A DNA stretch of 59,135 bases, filler included, from Dugesia japonica (GCA_001938525.1; 5 parts of 5 records of this genome joined end to end with filler, not necessarily neighbours in it); one strand, 5' to 3'. Counted from the first letter of the whole stretch, positions 40,764 to 52,293 are shown. Translations and numbers: made by a program. The notes: generated by a model not told the origin, from the letters alone.

Positions 40764-41396
40764 TTATGAGTTTTCATCTTCAGTTTCTTCTTCATCAGTT
40801 TCAGTTTCATATTCATCTTCTTCAGCTTCAGTTTCAGTTTCATCATCTTCTATTTCTCCACCTTTATGAGTACTGTATGGATTTAAATATAAACCTTTTC
40901 CTTTGTGAATTATTTTAAGTCCTTTTTTAAACTTTTTTGTTAAACCTTTAAATTTAGGATCAATATTTTTAAAATATTTATGAATAGCAGAACCTTGATA
41001 TGGATTTAAGTATAAACCTAGGCCCTTGTTAGATTTTTTTAAAATTCCTGATCCTTGTGCTGTAGTTGTTTGTGCTGTTTTTATTTGTGCATCAATTTGT
41101 GCTTGTAATTGTTTTTTCTGTAATTCAACTAATTCTGACTCTTTTTGTTTTTTAATAGCATCTCTAGAACTAGCAACTGTACTTGCAATTCCAGCTGCAA
41201 CTCCAGATGTAGTTGCTAATGCGCCAATTATTGCTGGAATTGCAGCTAGGAATGCAAATCCACCTTTATGATATTTTTTTAATTCATCTTTAACTTTTTT
41301 AGAAATATAATAATTTTTACCATTGATTTTTACAGATTTACATTTTTTAGAATTAACTATTTTTTCTAACTCTTCTTCTGTTATGTCACTTGTCAT
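40764..41396 (-). CDS. Adenovirus pX-like virion core/membrane-active precursor
   Basis: Basic segment then KGG/FAFLAAIPAIIGALATTSGVAAGIAS (compare adenovirus pX RGG/ILPLLIPLIAAAIGAVPGIAS); two GxGLYLNPY motifs; acidic tail. Confidence 0.65.
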   Translation of the reverse strand: MTSDITEEELEKIVNSKKCKSVKINGKNYYISKKVKDELKKYHKGGFAFLAAIPAIIGALATTSGVAAGIASTVASSRDAIKKQKESELVELQKKQLQAQIDAQIKTAQTTTAQGSGILKKSNKGLGLYLNPYQGSAIHKYFKNIDPKFKGLTKKFKKGLKIIHKGKGLYLNPYSTHKGGEIEDDETETEAEEDEYETETDEEETEDENS

Positions 41397-41405
41397 TTTT
41401 CTATA

Positions 41406-44400
41406 TTAACAAAATAGATTTTTATTTATTTTATCTAATCTAAAATGCCAATCTTCACATGTAAAACATTCAAATTGATTTCCATGTGGCCATGTTCTAG
41501 TTGCATTATCTTCAATAATTCTTTTGTCACTATAACCTGTTAAAGCTATCTTTTTTTGTTCAACTATTTTAATTTCATGAAAATCAGATTTTAATGAATA
41601 ATTTGTTCCATAAATTATTTTCTTTGGATTTTTTAATACACTGTCAAATTCTTGCATTCCAATTTTATTGAAAAATTGAACACCTTTATGTTTTTTATCA
41701 AATTTAATACTTTTATGGATCGCTTCGCTTGCTGTGCTTGCTATACTATTTTTATCTTGGTACTCATAAGCATAAGAATTTGGTTTTATAAATGCACATT
41801 TAAGAATTTCAGAATTAGGCATTTCATCTTTCATTTGAAATAAATCATTTCCAGTTATTTCTACAAATACGGAATCCGTGTCTGAATAATGAATTTTATA
41901 ATTATCTTGTCCAACTGCTGGTTCTAATTGGTTATAAACAAAATTTTACATTACTTCTTTCGCATATTCAAGAATACTAAATCCCAAATATGAAAATTTA
42001 TCATATTTTAATTTTGTTTTTGTTAAATGAACTGCTCCAATGTAAGATGAAATTCAAGAATCTAATTTGAAACTTTTACAACTTAAATATGTTGGTTTAG
42101 ATAAAAGATTTTGATAATCTTTATCAGTTCATCCAATATGTATTTTACATCTATTTCTAATATTTTCAAGTGTTTTTCCAAAAAATGAATTATTCATATC
42201 TTTAAAGAAAGATAATCCAAATTCATCATTGTTTCTTTTTGCTATATTTCTTTGTTCAATATTAAAAAGTTTATAATCTTTTAACCATGTAGTTGTTGGC
42301 ATTTTATATTTACAATGTATCTTTTTTAGTATCATTCCTAAAGAAAGATATAAATCTAATGTTGAACCTAGAATTATATAATTTTTCTTATCGAATTGAT
42401 TCATTGTTAATTTAATATTTTTATCTGTTGGTTTTATATTAAATAATTTTTGATAATTACTTAACATGTCATTTGTAATAGCTATTTTGTCAGGTGCTAA
42501 TGGAAAATATTTTGTTCTATCTTGAATTTCTCTTGGATAATCAAGATCAACTTCATATAAATAATTCGTTTCTGGAGTTGAGATTTCATAACACAGTTCG
42601 TCACATTCAATAAATTCACCTGTTGTTAATGGTTTTGTCATGGAACTTGCATATAAAGAATTTGCATCAAGATATTTTATATGAGTAGGTCTTATTAAAT
42701 TATTAAGATGATCATCTAAAAGTTGAAGATCACCAGTTAAAATTACATTTATTAAATATTCTTTTTGTGCTTGATTTAACCTTCTACTTGAATCTCGAAA
42801 TTTATCATATGAAAGTACTTGACGTTCACCTTCTTCTCCAGAATATCCACCTTTAACTCCACGTTCGAATTTTAAAAATGTATCATAAGTTTCAGGTTTT
42901 GCATATTTCAATTTAACTTTTGTATATCTCATTCCAGCTACCCATTTTAAACCTGATGCTGTAAAACAATAACTTGGATCTATTTTATAAAACTCTAAAC
43001 ATATCTTTCTAAAATTTTCTACGTAATCTGCTAGAATTAAAACATCTAATTTCATATAGTGTAACATGTATTTCCAAAGATTTTTAAATTTTTTGAAGTC
43101 ATTTAAAAATTCTTGATATTCATTGTCAGATATTCCTTTTTGTTTTAGTCTGCTAAAGAAATCATTTTGTGTTGGAATGTTATTTGATTTTAATAATTTA
43201 ATAACTTCTGTGATATTATTTGCTTTAACATAATCATATGGAAAACTTGCTTTTTTAGNNNNNNNNNNNNNNNNNNNNNNNNNNNNNNNNNNNNNNNNNN
43301 NNNNNNNNNNNNNNNNNNNNNNNNNNNNNNNNNNNNNNNNNNNNNNNNNNNNNNNNNNNNNNNNNNNNNNNNNNNNNNNNNNNNNNNNNNNNNNNNNNNN
43401 NNNNNNNNNNNNNNNNNNNNNNNNNNNNNNNNNNNNNNNNNNNNNNNNNNNNNNNNNNNNNNNNNNNATGATTGTCATATCCCATTGCATTATGAAAGTA
43501 ACATGGTATAAATAAATTTTCTTTACTTAATTGTTTACATTTTTTATGTGTATAGCCACGAAATTTATCTGTGAAATAATTATAATCTAAAACTTGATTT
43601 TCTATGATTTCTCCGGAGCAATAATAACATTTTGTATTTTTAGTGAACACTGGATATTTATTTGCATATTCTTTTTGTAAATTGTTAAATGTTTTATTAA
43701 CTTTTTCAAGAAACTTTATAAAATCATTAACTACATTTTCTACTGATAATTGATAATATTTATTTGCTATTAAATTTGGATAATCTGATTTAAAATATAT
43801 TCCTAAACTTATTGGTTCTTGAATATTATTTTCTTTTGTGTAACATTCAAAATCACAATACATTACAAATGGAATTTTATTTTTAAAATAATGATTTTGA
43901 AATTTAAAATTTTCTTGTGGAGGAAATACAACATTTGTTGATTTATGATGAATACATTCTTCTTGATGTTTTAATAAAACTTTTTTATTTGAATAAATAT
44001 TCATACAACCGAGACATAATTGATTACCATATTCAACTTTAAATAAAGCATGTACATTTCTAACTAATATAAAATGACTTTTATAAATTAATAAATTGCA
44101 TTTATTTTCTTCCGGATTTGGTGTTACATCAAAATGTTTAATGCGAATTGGTGTAATTATTTTTCCATTTAATTCAAAAACATTTATTTTAAAATTATTT
44201 AACTTTTCAAATATCTTTATATCCTCAATTTCTGCTGGAAAATTCATTCCTTCAGTTTTTAATTCTTTTAAATATGGAATATAATTAGTTACTCTTCTAG
44301 CATTAGGTAAAACATGTTTATGTGCAAGAACTAAATATAATAAACATTTATCATCAAAATTTTTAATATTAACAATTCCATATTTATTTTCTGTTATAAA

Positions 44401-45165
44401 TTCTGGTAATTCATGATAAGTATAAGCACCAGCTTTTATTTTTGAAGCATATTTTTTTAAATGTATTCTATAATCAACTAGATGGCTTAAATTCAAATTA
44501 GATTCATTTAAATCTTTATTTCGCATAAAACTTTCCACCTGTTCAAACGTTTGATGTAATTTTTTAGATATTGATGCTTTTGTATAAATTCTTTTAATAC
44601 TACTGTAAGAATAAAACGTTGCTGTTTTATCTTCTTTAGTATATTCACAACTAACACCTAATTTAAAATAAAATTTATATCCTAACGTAAAAAACTTTCT
44701 AACAATTTCTTCTATTTCCGGTTTAATTAATTCAGTTGTAGTTAATCTTTGATCTTCAACATCTTTTACCATATATAATCTACTATTTAATAAAACATCA
44801 ATATAATAATAATCTGGATATGTTTCTTCATTAAAAACTTCTATAATATGTTTTGGTTTTGTATTCCAATTTCTATCTATTTTTTTAGTTAATAACAAAT
44901 GTCGTTTATTAGTTAGTCTATGTTCATTTATTAAAACTTCAGTATTAAAATGTTTATCACAAAGTTCACAATATAAATCTAAACTATCACATTTAGTTTT
45001 TTTCATGTGAACATTTAAACCTTGTTGAGTTTTAAATTTTTTATGACAAACTGGACATGTTAGATAATCTTCTGGATTTACATTTAGACATTTTTTAGAT
45101 TGTATATGTGAATTTAAACCACGTTGATTTAAAAACATTTTATTACAAATAGAACATGTAACAAT
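41406..45165 (-). pseudogene. polB: Protein-primed family B DNA polymerase (pPolB) with N-terminal zinc fingers, OTU-like and EndoVII-like domains; disrupted
   Basis: ExoI YCDFEC, ExoII FHNAMGYDNH, ExoIII YMKLDV, motif A YLDANSLY, B KDMNNSFFGK, C YSDTDS, KxY and KHKG; in-frame stops at 42129, 42054, 41946; N gap 43259-43467; the first CSIC finger starts upstream of the ORF-track Met. Confidence 0.9.
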
Positions 45166-45217
45166 TTTTTATATATTTTTATTCTTTTTTATTATAAAAA
45201 TTTTAATCGTGTATATT

Positions 45218-45465
45218 GTTTTCCTCTTAAATTTTTCCTCTTAAATTGAACAGATGAAACATTTGATATTTCACATTTGATATTTGATATTTCCCAGATG
45301 AAACATTTGATATTTGATATTTCCCATTTGATATTTCCCATTTGTTATTTCCCATTTGTTATTTCCCAGACGAAACATTTGATATTTGACAGATGAAACA
45401 TTTGATATTTGACAGATGATATTTGACAAATGAAACATTTGATATTTGACAGATAATATTTCCCC
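45218..45465. repeat. Modular subterminal repeat array of the Polinton
   Basis: Shuffled modules CAGATGAAA, CATTTGATATTT, CCC/GAC; tandem TTTTCCTCTTAAATT x2. Confidence 0.8.
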
Positions 45466-45540
45466 GAACCCTGAGTGAATATGGGTTATTATACATATAC
45501 TTATATATATAAAATAAAAAAACGCAATTTTTTAAAACAT

Positions 45541-46130
45541 TTAATCGTAAGACATGTTTAGGACAAATTTATGTCCATCATCAGTTACTGTGGTAAAATA
45601 AGAAGGAAATTGTTTATATACTGGCCAATAAAACCTGTTATGTGGTGCAGTAGATTTATGGCTTAAATGACTTGAGGTTTTCTTTGAAGTGAAAATTAAT
45701 TTAAATTTATTATCATCAAAATATTTCATAAGGCAGCATTTTAATGATTTAGATCCTTCCGAGAATGGTGGTTTTATAGTTTTTTTCTTGATTATTTTTA
45801 ATGTTATCTTCTTGGTCATTATTTGTTGTTGAGCACAGTTTGTTTAGAAAACTCCTTATATTATTATAAATCGTTTTGTGATTATATCCATAAGCTCGTA
45901 AACTACTATCTAATTTGTTAAGACCATCATCAGCAATCTTAAAGCTTGATGATATACACCGCTCTCTATGAACCAAACATTTTATTAGTCCTTTCTTATA
46001 TCAATCATCGTAAAAAGCTTTAGGAGTGGTATAAAGTCTTGTGTCTGAAGTATTATAATTGCAACCCTGTCTACAAACAAGAACATCTAAGAATGGTAGT
46101 TTACTTTCTTTTTCAACTTCTAACTTAACT
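45541..46130 (-). mobile_element. Penelope-like RT C-terminal relic
   Basis: EVEKESKLPFLDVLV...YKKGLIKCLVHR..ISS. Confidence 0.7.
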
Positions 46131-46779
46131 TAAAAAAGTACTCTTTTTAATTTATAAGTATTATCAAAATTACATTTTTATAAATAATCTCAAGCCTCCA
46201 TTAGCAGAAGCTTCCAGTTTGGAAATCACTTGCGTTGACAATTATTCAATGAATCCAACACAATTGATTTTAAATAATAATCTGAATTTATTTTAAATTA
46301 ATTAATTTTTTTCTTTGTATTTACTTTTCTTATTGTTCTTTTTCTTGTAACTTTTTTAGTTCAATTTCCCATTCATGTCGTATTTCTCGTTTATGTTTAA
46401 TGACCTTTCTTCAAATTTATCTCGAAATTTTCTAAAAGATTAAACTTAAGAGGTATTTTTCTAAATTTCCTTTAAAAGTCTTATCTAGATAATTTGTCAA
46501 ATTTCTCTTTTGGTTTTTCTCAATTTAATTAGTCTTTCATCTGATTTTAAAATCTTTGACAGATTTATTTCCTTTATTTTCTTCTGAAAATTTTTGATAT
46601 TGTTGTCAGCTCTATTATTCCAGATAAATTTATATTTATTTAATAATCTTTCAAAGTTTTAACAACTTCAAGGTAAACTTAAAAATTTTGCTTAGAATTG
46701 AAATCCATCTTATTCTAGAATTCATGCTCCTAATATAAAAATTAAAATATTTTTGGAAAAAAAGAGGCTCAATAATATA

Positions 46780-47460
46780 GAAAGAAAACTTTCAATTCTA
46801 TAATATGAAACATAACCATTTTAAATCTGTTTCTTAATAAAATGATTTTTATTATATTAGTTGTGTATGTGAACTGTGATTTTAAAGAATATTATCACAT
46901 TTTCTTCAAATAAATTATAAAATCTTTTGAAACAATCTAATGAACATGTGGCCTAGCGTTATCATGTTGCAAAGCTTTCTTTGAATGTCTATTCTTCAAT
47001 TCTGGTATTTGTTCGACCAGGGCTAGCTTCAAACGAATTAAATGCAATCGATAACACTTATCAATTATAGATTCCGATGTTTTTAACAGTTCACAATAGA
47101 TGATACCTTTCTGATCACACAGATAAACAGCATAACTTCTAAACCTTGGATTTTTGTTTTAATATATTGGATTCATACTAGCTGCTTTAAATTATAGATT
47201 TTTAAGTGAAACTATTTTTTGTCTTCCGTAAAAATTTAATGTAAAATTCCTTTTCTTTTCTGTTCCTGAAGAAGAACATTGTTTTTCACCATTTAATGTC
47301 TCCTTCCATCAACACACGTTAGACCGATCCCCCAATTCTGGAATCATTGCAATACCTTGAAGGCATTGTGAAATACATTGTTGGGTCACATTTAATGTGA
47401 CAGCAAGCCCAGCTTATAGAGTCCATGGGTATTTCAGCATAATTGCTAATTTTTGGCACA
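46780..47460 (-). mobile_element. Degenerate mariner transposase
   Basis: LNVTQQCISQCL, TEDKK, LQHDNARPHV. Confidence 0.75.
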
Positions 47461-48328
47461 ATTATTAACTGTATCATAACAAAATCTAGAATCATATTTG
47501 TATATATATATATATCATTTAAAAGTTTTTTAGATATGACCTTCTGTGTTAATAAATTTAAATTACTTAGTTGATAATATTTAGTAACTATTATGATTCA
47601 TAATATACAATTTACAAATTTAAAGTTTAATAAAAAACCTAAAAGAATAATTCTGGTAAGGATATGCTGTAAAGACTATTAATTTATTCTATATTAATTT
47701 TATCAAATATTTCTTCTCCTCCTTCAATTTTTAAATTAATAAAATTTCCTCGTAAAGTATTATGGTCGCAATTGCGACACATTGACACGTGTAAAATGAC
47801 CGGAATAAGAGCTCGTATCAGATATAAGCATGTGAATTAAGTAGTTAATTAAAATAATAAAACGTCATTTAAAATCAAGAAATTGTTGTAGACATTTTAA
47901 GAATTTCTTCAAATTTTTACAGATTATTAAATTATAGTAATTGAAAATGTACAATTATACGATTAAAACAAAGTAGTGACAAAAAATTGCGAAGCATTTA
48001 TTTGTGTTAATTGACACGTATTTATTTATTCTCTTTTATATATTAAAAGTTACACGCTTATAATTAATATTGTGTTAATTATTAATTATAATCAGGCAGA
48101 AATTCGACCTAAAAGTGGATTGTGTTGATATTTTCATATAATCACCAATATAAAAAAGACTGAGTGTTGCTAATCTAATTTTCTATTAAAACTACAATAA
48201 GATAAAGTAAAACAAAACCAAAAAAACAAAGAAAAGCCAAACAAAAATATTCAATAGTTTTTGTTAATTTATCTTATTACAAATTGTTTACACTATGATG
48301 GAATTTCTTATTATCGTTACCGTATATT

Positions 48329-48633
48329 CAGAGCCTGCTCAAACAAAGGCGGCGCCCAGTGGAAAGTTTCCTAGCGTGGCCTTGAAAGAAATTTCATAGA
48401 GGAAATAATTATAAAAATGTTTTCATAAATAGAATAAAAATTCGTTGTTTTAGTTTTACTATTTACATATATTAGGAAAACTTTTATTAATTTAATTTAT
48501 TATAAGTCATTTATCTAAATCTTTTTCAAAAACAATTGATAAAAATATTTTATTAATAACATTTTACTTACAAAGCGATCGACGCTAGACCTTGTGTGGT
48601 GGCACCGTTTGTACCGACATCGGGCTTGCAGTG
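48329..48633. mobile_element. hAT-type MITE
   Basis: 8-bp TSD CGTATATT (48321-48328, 48634-48641); decayed TIRs CAGAGCCTGCTC / GGGCTTGCAGTG. Confidence 0.6.
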
Positions 48634-48722
48634 CGTATATTTCATCCAATTTATTCTAAGTTTTTTATTTAATCAAATATCACTTGATACATTAAATATT
48701 TATATTCTCGATTTGTTTGCAT

Positions 48723-48822
48723 NNNNNNNNNNNNNNNNNNNNNNNNNNNNNNNNNNNNNNNNNNNNTTAATTAATTAANNNNNNNNNNNNNNNNNNNNNN
48801 NNNNNNNNNNNNNNNNNNNNNN
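48723..48822. other. Artificial contig spacer
   Basis: 44N-TTAATTAATTAA-44N. Confidence 0.9.
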
Positions 48823-49029
48823 ATATTAACATTCCACACATGTACAAGGTTTTTAAAATTTAAATTTTACAATCTTTAAAAACTCCTCACCAATACGTCG
48901 GATTGTAATTCCGAGATGACAGTTATGTCCGTCATCTCATTAAAATTCCAACGATATCAAGTTTGTCATCATAAGATGTATATTCGCCTTTTAAACTCAA
49001 TATTTTAAATTTTAAAAAGTCTTTGTTCC

Positions 49030-49450
49030 AGTGCGCCACTATCTACCTACTTACATATAATAGTTTATCCTTACTTGTTCCGCTTGATCTGATAATCTTT
49101 TTTATTCTAAATATTGTTGATGGCAGAATCACTTACAATTCCTGCTCATAGAATGATATTATCTTCATAGTCATTGAGTATTGTTTGGAATTAATTTACA
49201 ATATTTGAAACACTTCATTACTCCAATTACAATCAAAATTCTTGGTGAATGATAAAGAAGATATTTTGAAATTCTAACATGATCACCAACTTTATATTTT
49301 GGTTTCTTAATTGCTTTTGGTTTTCGTCGCAATAACCATAATTTCATCGAACTTTCAGATGGTTCATCAATGGATCTTGCTCCATTTAATCCCTTGTAAC
49401 TTGTATGATTATAAGCATCAATTATTTTCGGTTATAAGATCTGATAATAA
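49030..49450 (-). pseudogene. Polinton/Maverick-type integrase C-terminal relic with chromodomain-like tail
   Basis: PKIIDAYNHT...KPKYKVGDHVRISK...NWSNEVFQI...FYEQEL...IFRIKKII; multiple frameshifts. Confidence 0.65.
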
Positions 49451-49479
49451 GATCTGACGATAATATTTTTATTGTAGAG

Positions 49480-50580
49480 GAGGTCTGTCATTTTGTAGGC
49501 TCTAGTAGTAGAAAATGTATTGATCGATAAGTAGTCGATCTCTCCAAGAAGGTTATTAATATGATTGACATTTAATGCCCCATAGATGGTCTCCAACACT
49601 TTGCTGAAGTTGATTCCAGAATCTTGTAAACAATCAACGTGGTAGTGAAGACCTTGATGTGTTCTTTAAAAGAGTGGAAGACTTGGTTGATAAATGTTTA
49701 GCAAATGGAAAGCTGACGAAAAAAAATATAATGTCAAAAATGCTAATAGTTTGCGCAGTTAGCAAAATGGCAAAAGAAGAAATAATCATGCGGAAATTCG
49801 AGAAATAAGAAGATATAAAATAAACTCTATCTCTATTAGAAAAAATAGAAAGAAGATAACTTATTAACGTGGTGAGGATATTTGGTTCATCATCGAGAAA
49901 CATATTTTCCATTGTTTACATTAAGGTTTGAAATTTCACATCTAGTAATTACGTCACTTCCGGTCTAGACTACACTTAACCACTTACTTATATATTCCAT
50001 ATCTTCATTTCTTCTTGGTTTTATTCGTTGGGGCTTTACAATTTTTTAATAACTGCATGTCATATTCATCTGTGCTCTTTCCCCGTCAACTCTGTCTGAT
50101 AATATTATTGTCTCCTTTATCATATCTAACAAATCTATTTTTCTCAGTGCTACTTCTTCTTCAACGCGTCTGTTAGATATACCAGTTACTTTCGTTTTGG
50201 CAATTAATTTTTCTTTTGTAAAGTCCTTGTGATGAAATAGTTTATCCATCACCATTTCTACTGTTTTTATATGACTTCCCACTTATAAATTTTCTCATTT
50301 AAAGTTTATTAATTTTTGTAGTTCTTCAAAAATATCTTCTTTCGCAAAGGCCAATTTCAATCTGACTTGAAATACCTCAGAAATTTTAATTATTTTTTTA
50401 ATTATCTTCAAATACATCATCATCTAAAAAACATTTTATTTGTCTCTCGTGATCTTTATTCTACATTATACTCTTTGTTTCAAAGTAAAATTCGCATCTT
50501 TTCTTTATCTTTATCTCTGTTGTATATCTTAGGTAGTAACCTTTCTGTGAGCAAGTCAGTGTTTACCACTATCATCATGT
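49480..50580. mobile_element. Decayed gag-like retrotransposon fragments (+ about 49500-49860, - about 50046-50580)
   Basis: SEDLDVFFKRVEDLVDKC..KEEIIMRK and HIKTVEMVMDKLF..EEEVALRK, with stops. Confidence 0.35.
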
Positions 50581-51709
50581 GAGGCGTACATAGCTCTTTA
50601 TTAAAATCTAATTTCATAATCTCAATTGAAAATAAAATAAACCTACTCAAATAGAATTCTTTTTCAAAATGATCCTATGATTCATAAACTTAAAAAACAT
50701 TTTTGTAAAATAATGCTAGTGTCTGTACTATATTGGAAGATTATATATTATTTTGAGTAACAATTTATGTTACACTATTTACAATTACACTCGATTAGTG
50801 ACAATAGTCGTAGATCAGATTCTCTAAATTCCATTCCTTCCAAATTCCAAATGTGATAATATTATACACAATATGGATTGTGCAAAGCTGATAAAAGCTA
50901 TAAAGACAAGACTTAGATGTTCCATATACATGAAGAGAACAATTTGGTGTATTTCTTTTGTTAAAATAATTAAAAAATGGAATTTGAATAAAAATTGTGA
51001 GTGTGTTTTGAAATGCGAGTCGAAATTTTTTTGTGATTGGTGATCATTATTTAAAAAAATGATTTAAATTATAGATGAAAAATTTAAATAACAAATATTT
51101 AGTTTTAAATTTTGAATGACAATTAATTAAAAAATTGAACTTTTAAATGATTAAACATTTGGTTTAATAAAAAATTAAAATTTTTGAATGAATGACTTTT
51201 TGGTTTTAAATTTTAAAATGACGATTGAATAATAAAGTAAACTTTTTAAATAACTTAAAATAAATTTGAAATAATTTGAAAAATTATCACCAATTAAAAC
51301 ACGGGATTTTAATTTGTTTGAATATACAAATAGTGTCGGTAATAGTTTTGTTTTTGTGAATAAATTTTCAATAGAATTGAGTTTTGATATTAATGATCCG
51401 ATGAGTACTCAAAACTTATATAACAAAAATGTTTTGAAGTAGCTAGAATGTAGAGAACCTAAAAGACATTAAAACAATATTTCACTAATTATATTTCAAA
51501 ATTCGAAAATTTAATATTTTTTTAGTTTATAATTTTCTGTAATTGACTTGTTTAAAGTTTATTTTATTTTTTGTAATTTAACTTAATTTAATTTTTAAAT
51601 ACACGGTGTACCTGTTACACCAGCAAATACATGTAGATTTTTCTTAATCTTTCAATAGTAAAATTTAAGTTTGAAGGAAAGTTTATTTTTAAGTGAAGAT
51701 GGTCTACAT

Positions 51710-51906
51710 CAGGGGTGTCAAAGTCGCAGGCCGCGTGCGACCCTCAACCAACATTTTTGCGGCCCGACCATATATACTATATATGTTTATTATAATGTAT
51801 TATTTGAAATAAACTTGCATTTCTATGGATATGGATTTTTTGCGGCCCACCTAAAATTAAACCTAATTTATTTGGCCCAATATAGCTTTTGAGTTTGACA
51901 CCTCTG
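51710..51906. mobile_element. hAT MITE, 197 bp
   Basis: TIRs CAGGGGTGTCAAA / TTTGACACCTCTG; perfect 8-bp TSD GTCTACAT; related end GAGTTTGACACCCCTG at 33862-33877. Confidence 0.85.
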
Positions 51907-52293
51907 GTCTACATCATTCGAAAAAGTAGTAGTAAATCATCAAATTTTATAAAGATCAATCAATATCAATATCACTATCAATAAACATTGAAATACCGAA
52001 ATAAAATTTACTGTAAAACGAAGATATTCTAAATTGTTCGAAAATTTGGTAAATGAAATAATAGAGAATCAAATTTCATTAATTGGTATAAAATCGACGA
52101 AAATTAATAGTGACAAAAATAATGAAATAATTTGAAAATAATTTATGCTGAATATTAAAAAGATATTTTATTTTAAAAGTTTTCAAAGTTTCAAATATAA
52201 TTTATTAAATACTGTCAAATTAACAAAATAAAAAGCAGTTTAAATTGGAAATAATGTTTTAATTTATTTTGCAAATTAAATCAAAATATCAAG

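Larger units (their letters stand above)
38241..45470 (-). mobile_element. Endogenous Polinton/Maverick (adintovirus-like) element, one arm, truncated by the contig end
   Basis: Compact intronless co-oriented cluster: pPolB, pX-like precursor, conserved hypothetical, penton, adenain-like protease, fibre-like ORF; subterminal repeat array. Confidence 0.92.

Noticed and set aside
41026-41271. Antisense ORFs over real genes (also 7581-7814, 25021-25218, 21844-22047, 41652-41843)
   Set aside because: Shadows of coding sequence on the opposite strand
39384-42131. Alternative genetic code in the Polinton (in-frame stops without frameshifts)
   Set aside because: Both TGA and TAA occur, TAA falls at positions expected to be different residues (Tyr in polB MY.F; probably Glu or Lys in penton), intact ORFs end in TAA, and a neighbouring gene is frameshifted; ordinary decay fits better
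45466-45540. Polinton terminus with TSD
   Set aside because: No AGT- or AG-repeat terminus is recognisable and the other end is absent, so neither TIR nor TSD can be shown
51398-51417. Hammerhead-like CCGATGAGTACTCAAAAC
   Set aside because: Both copies deviate identically from the CUGANGA and GAAA core and lack stems I and III
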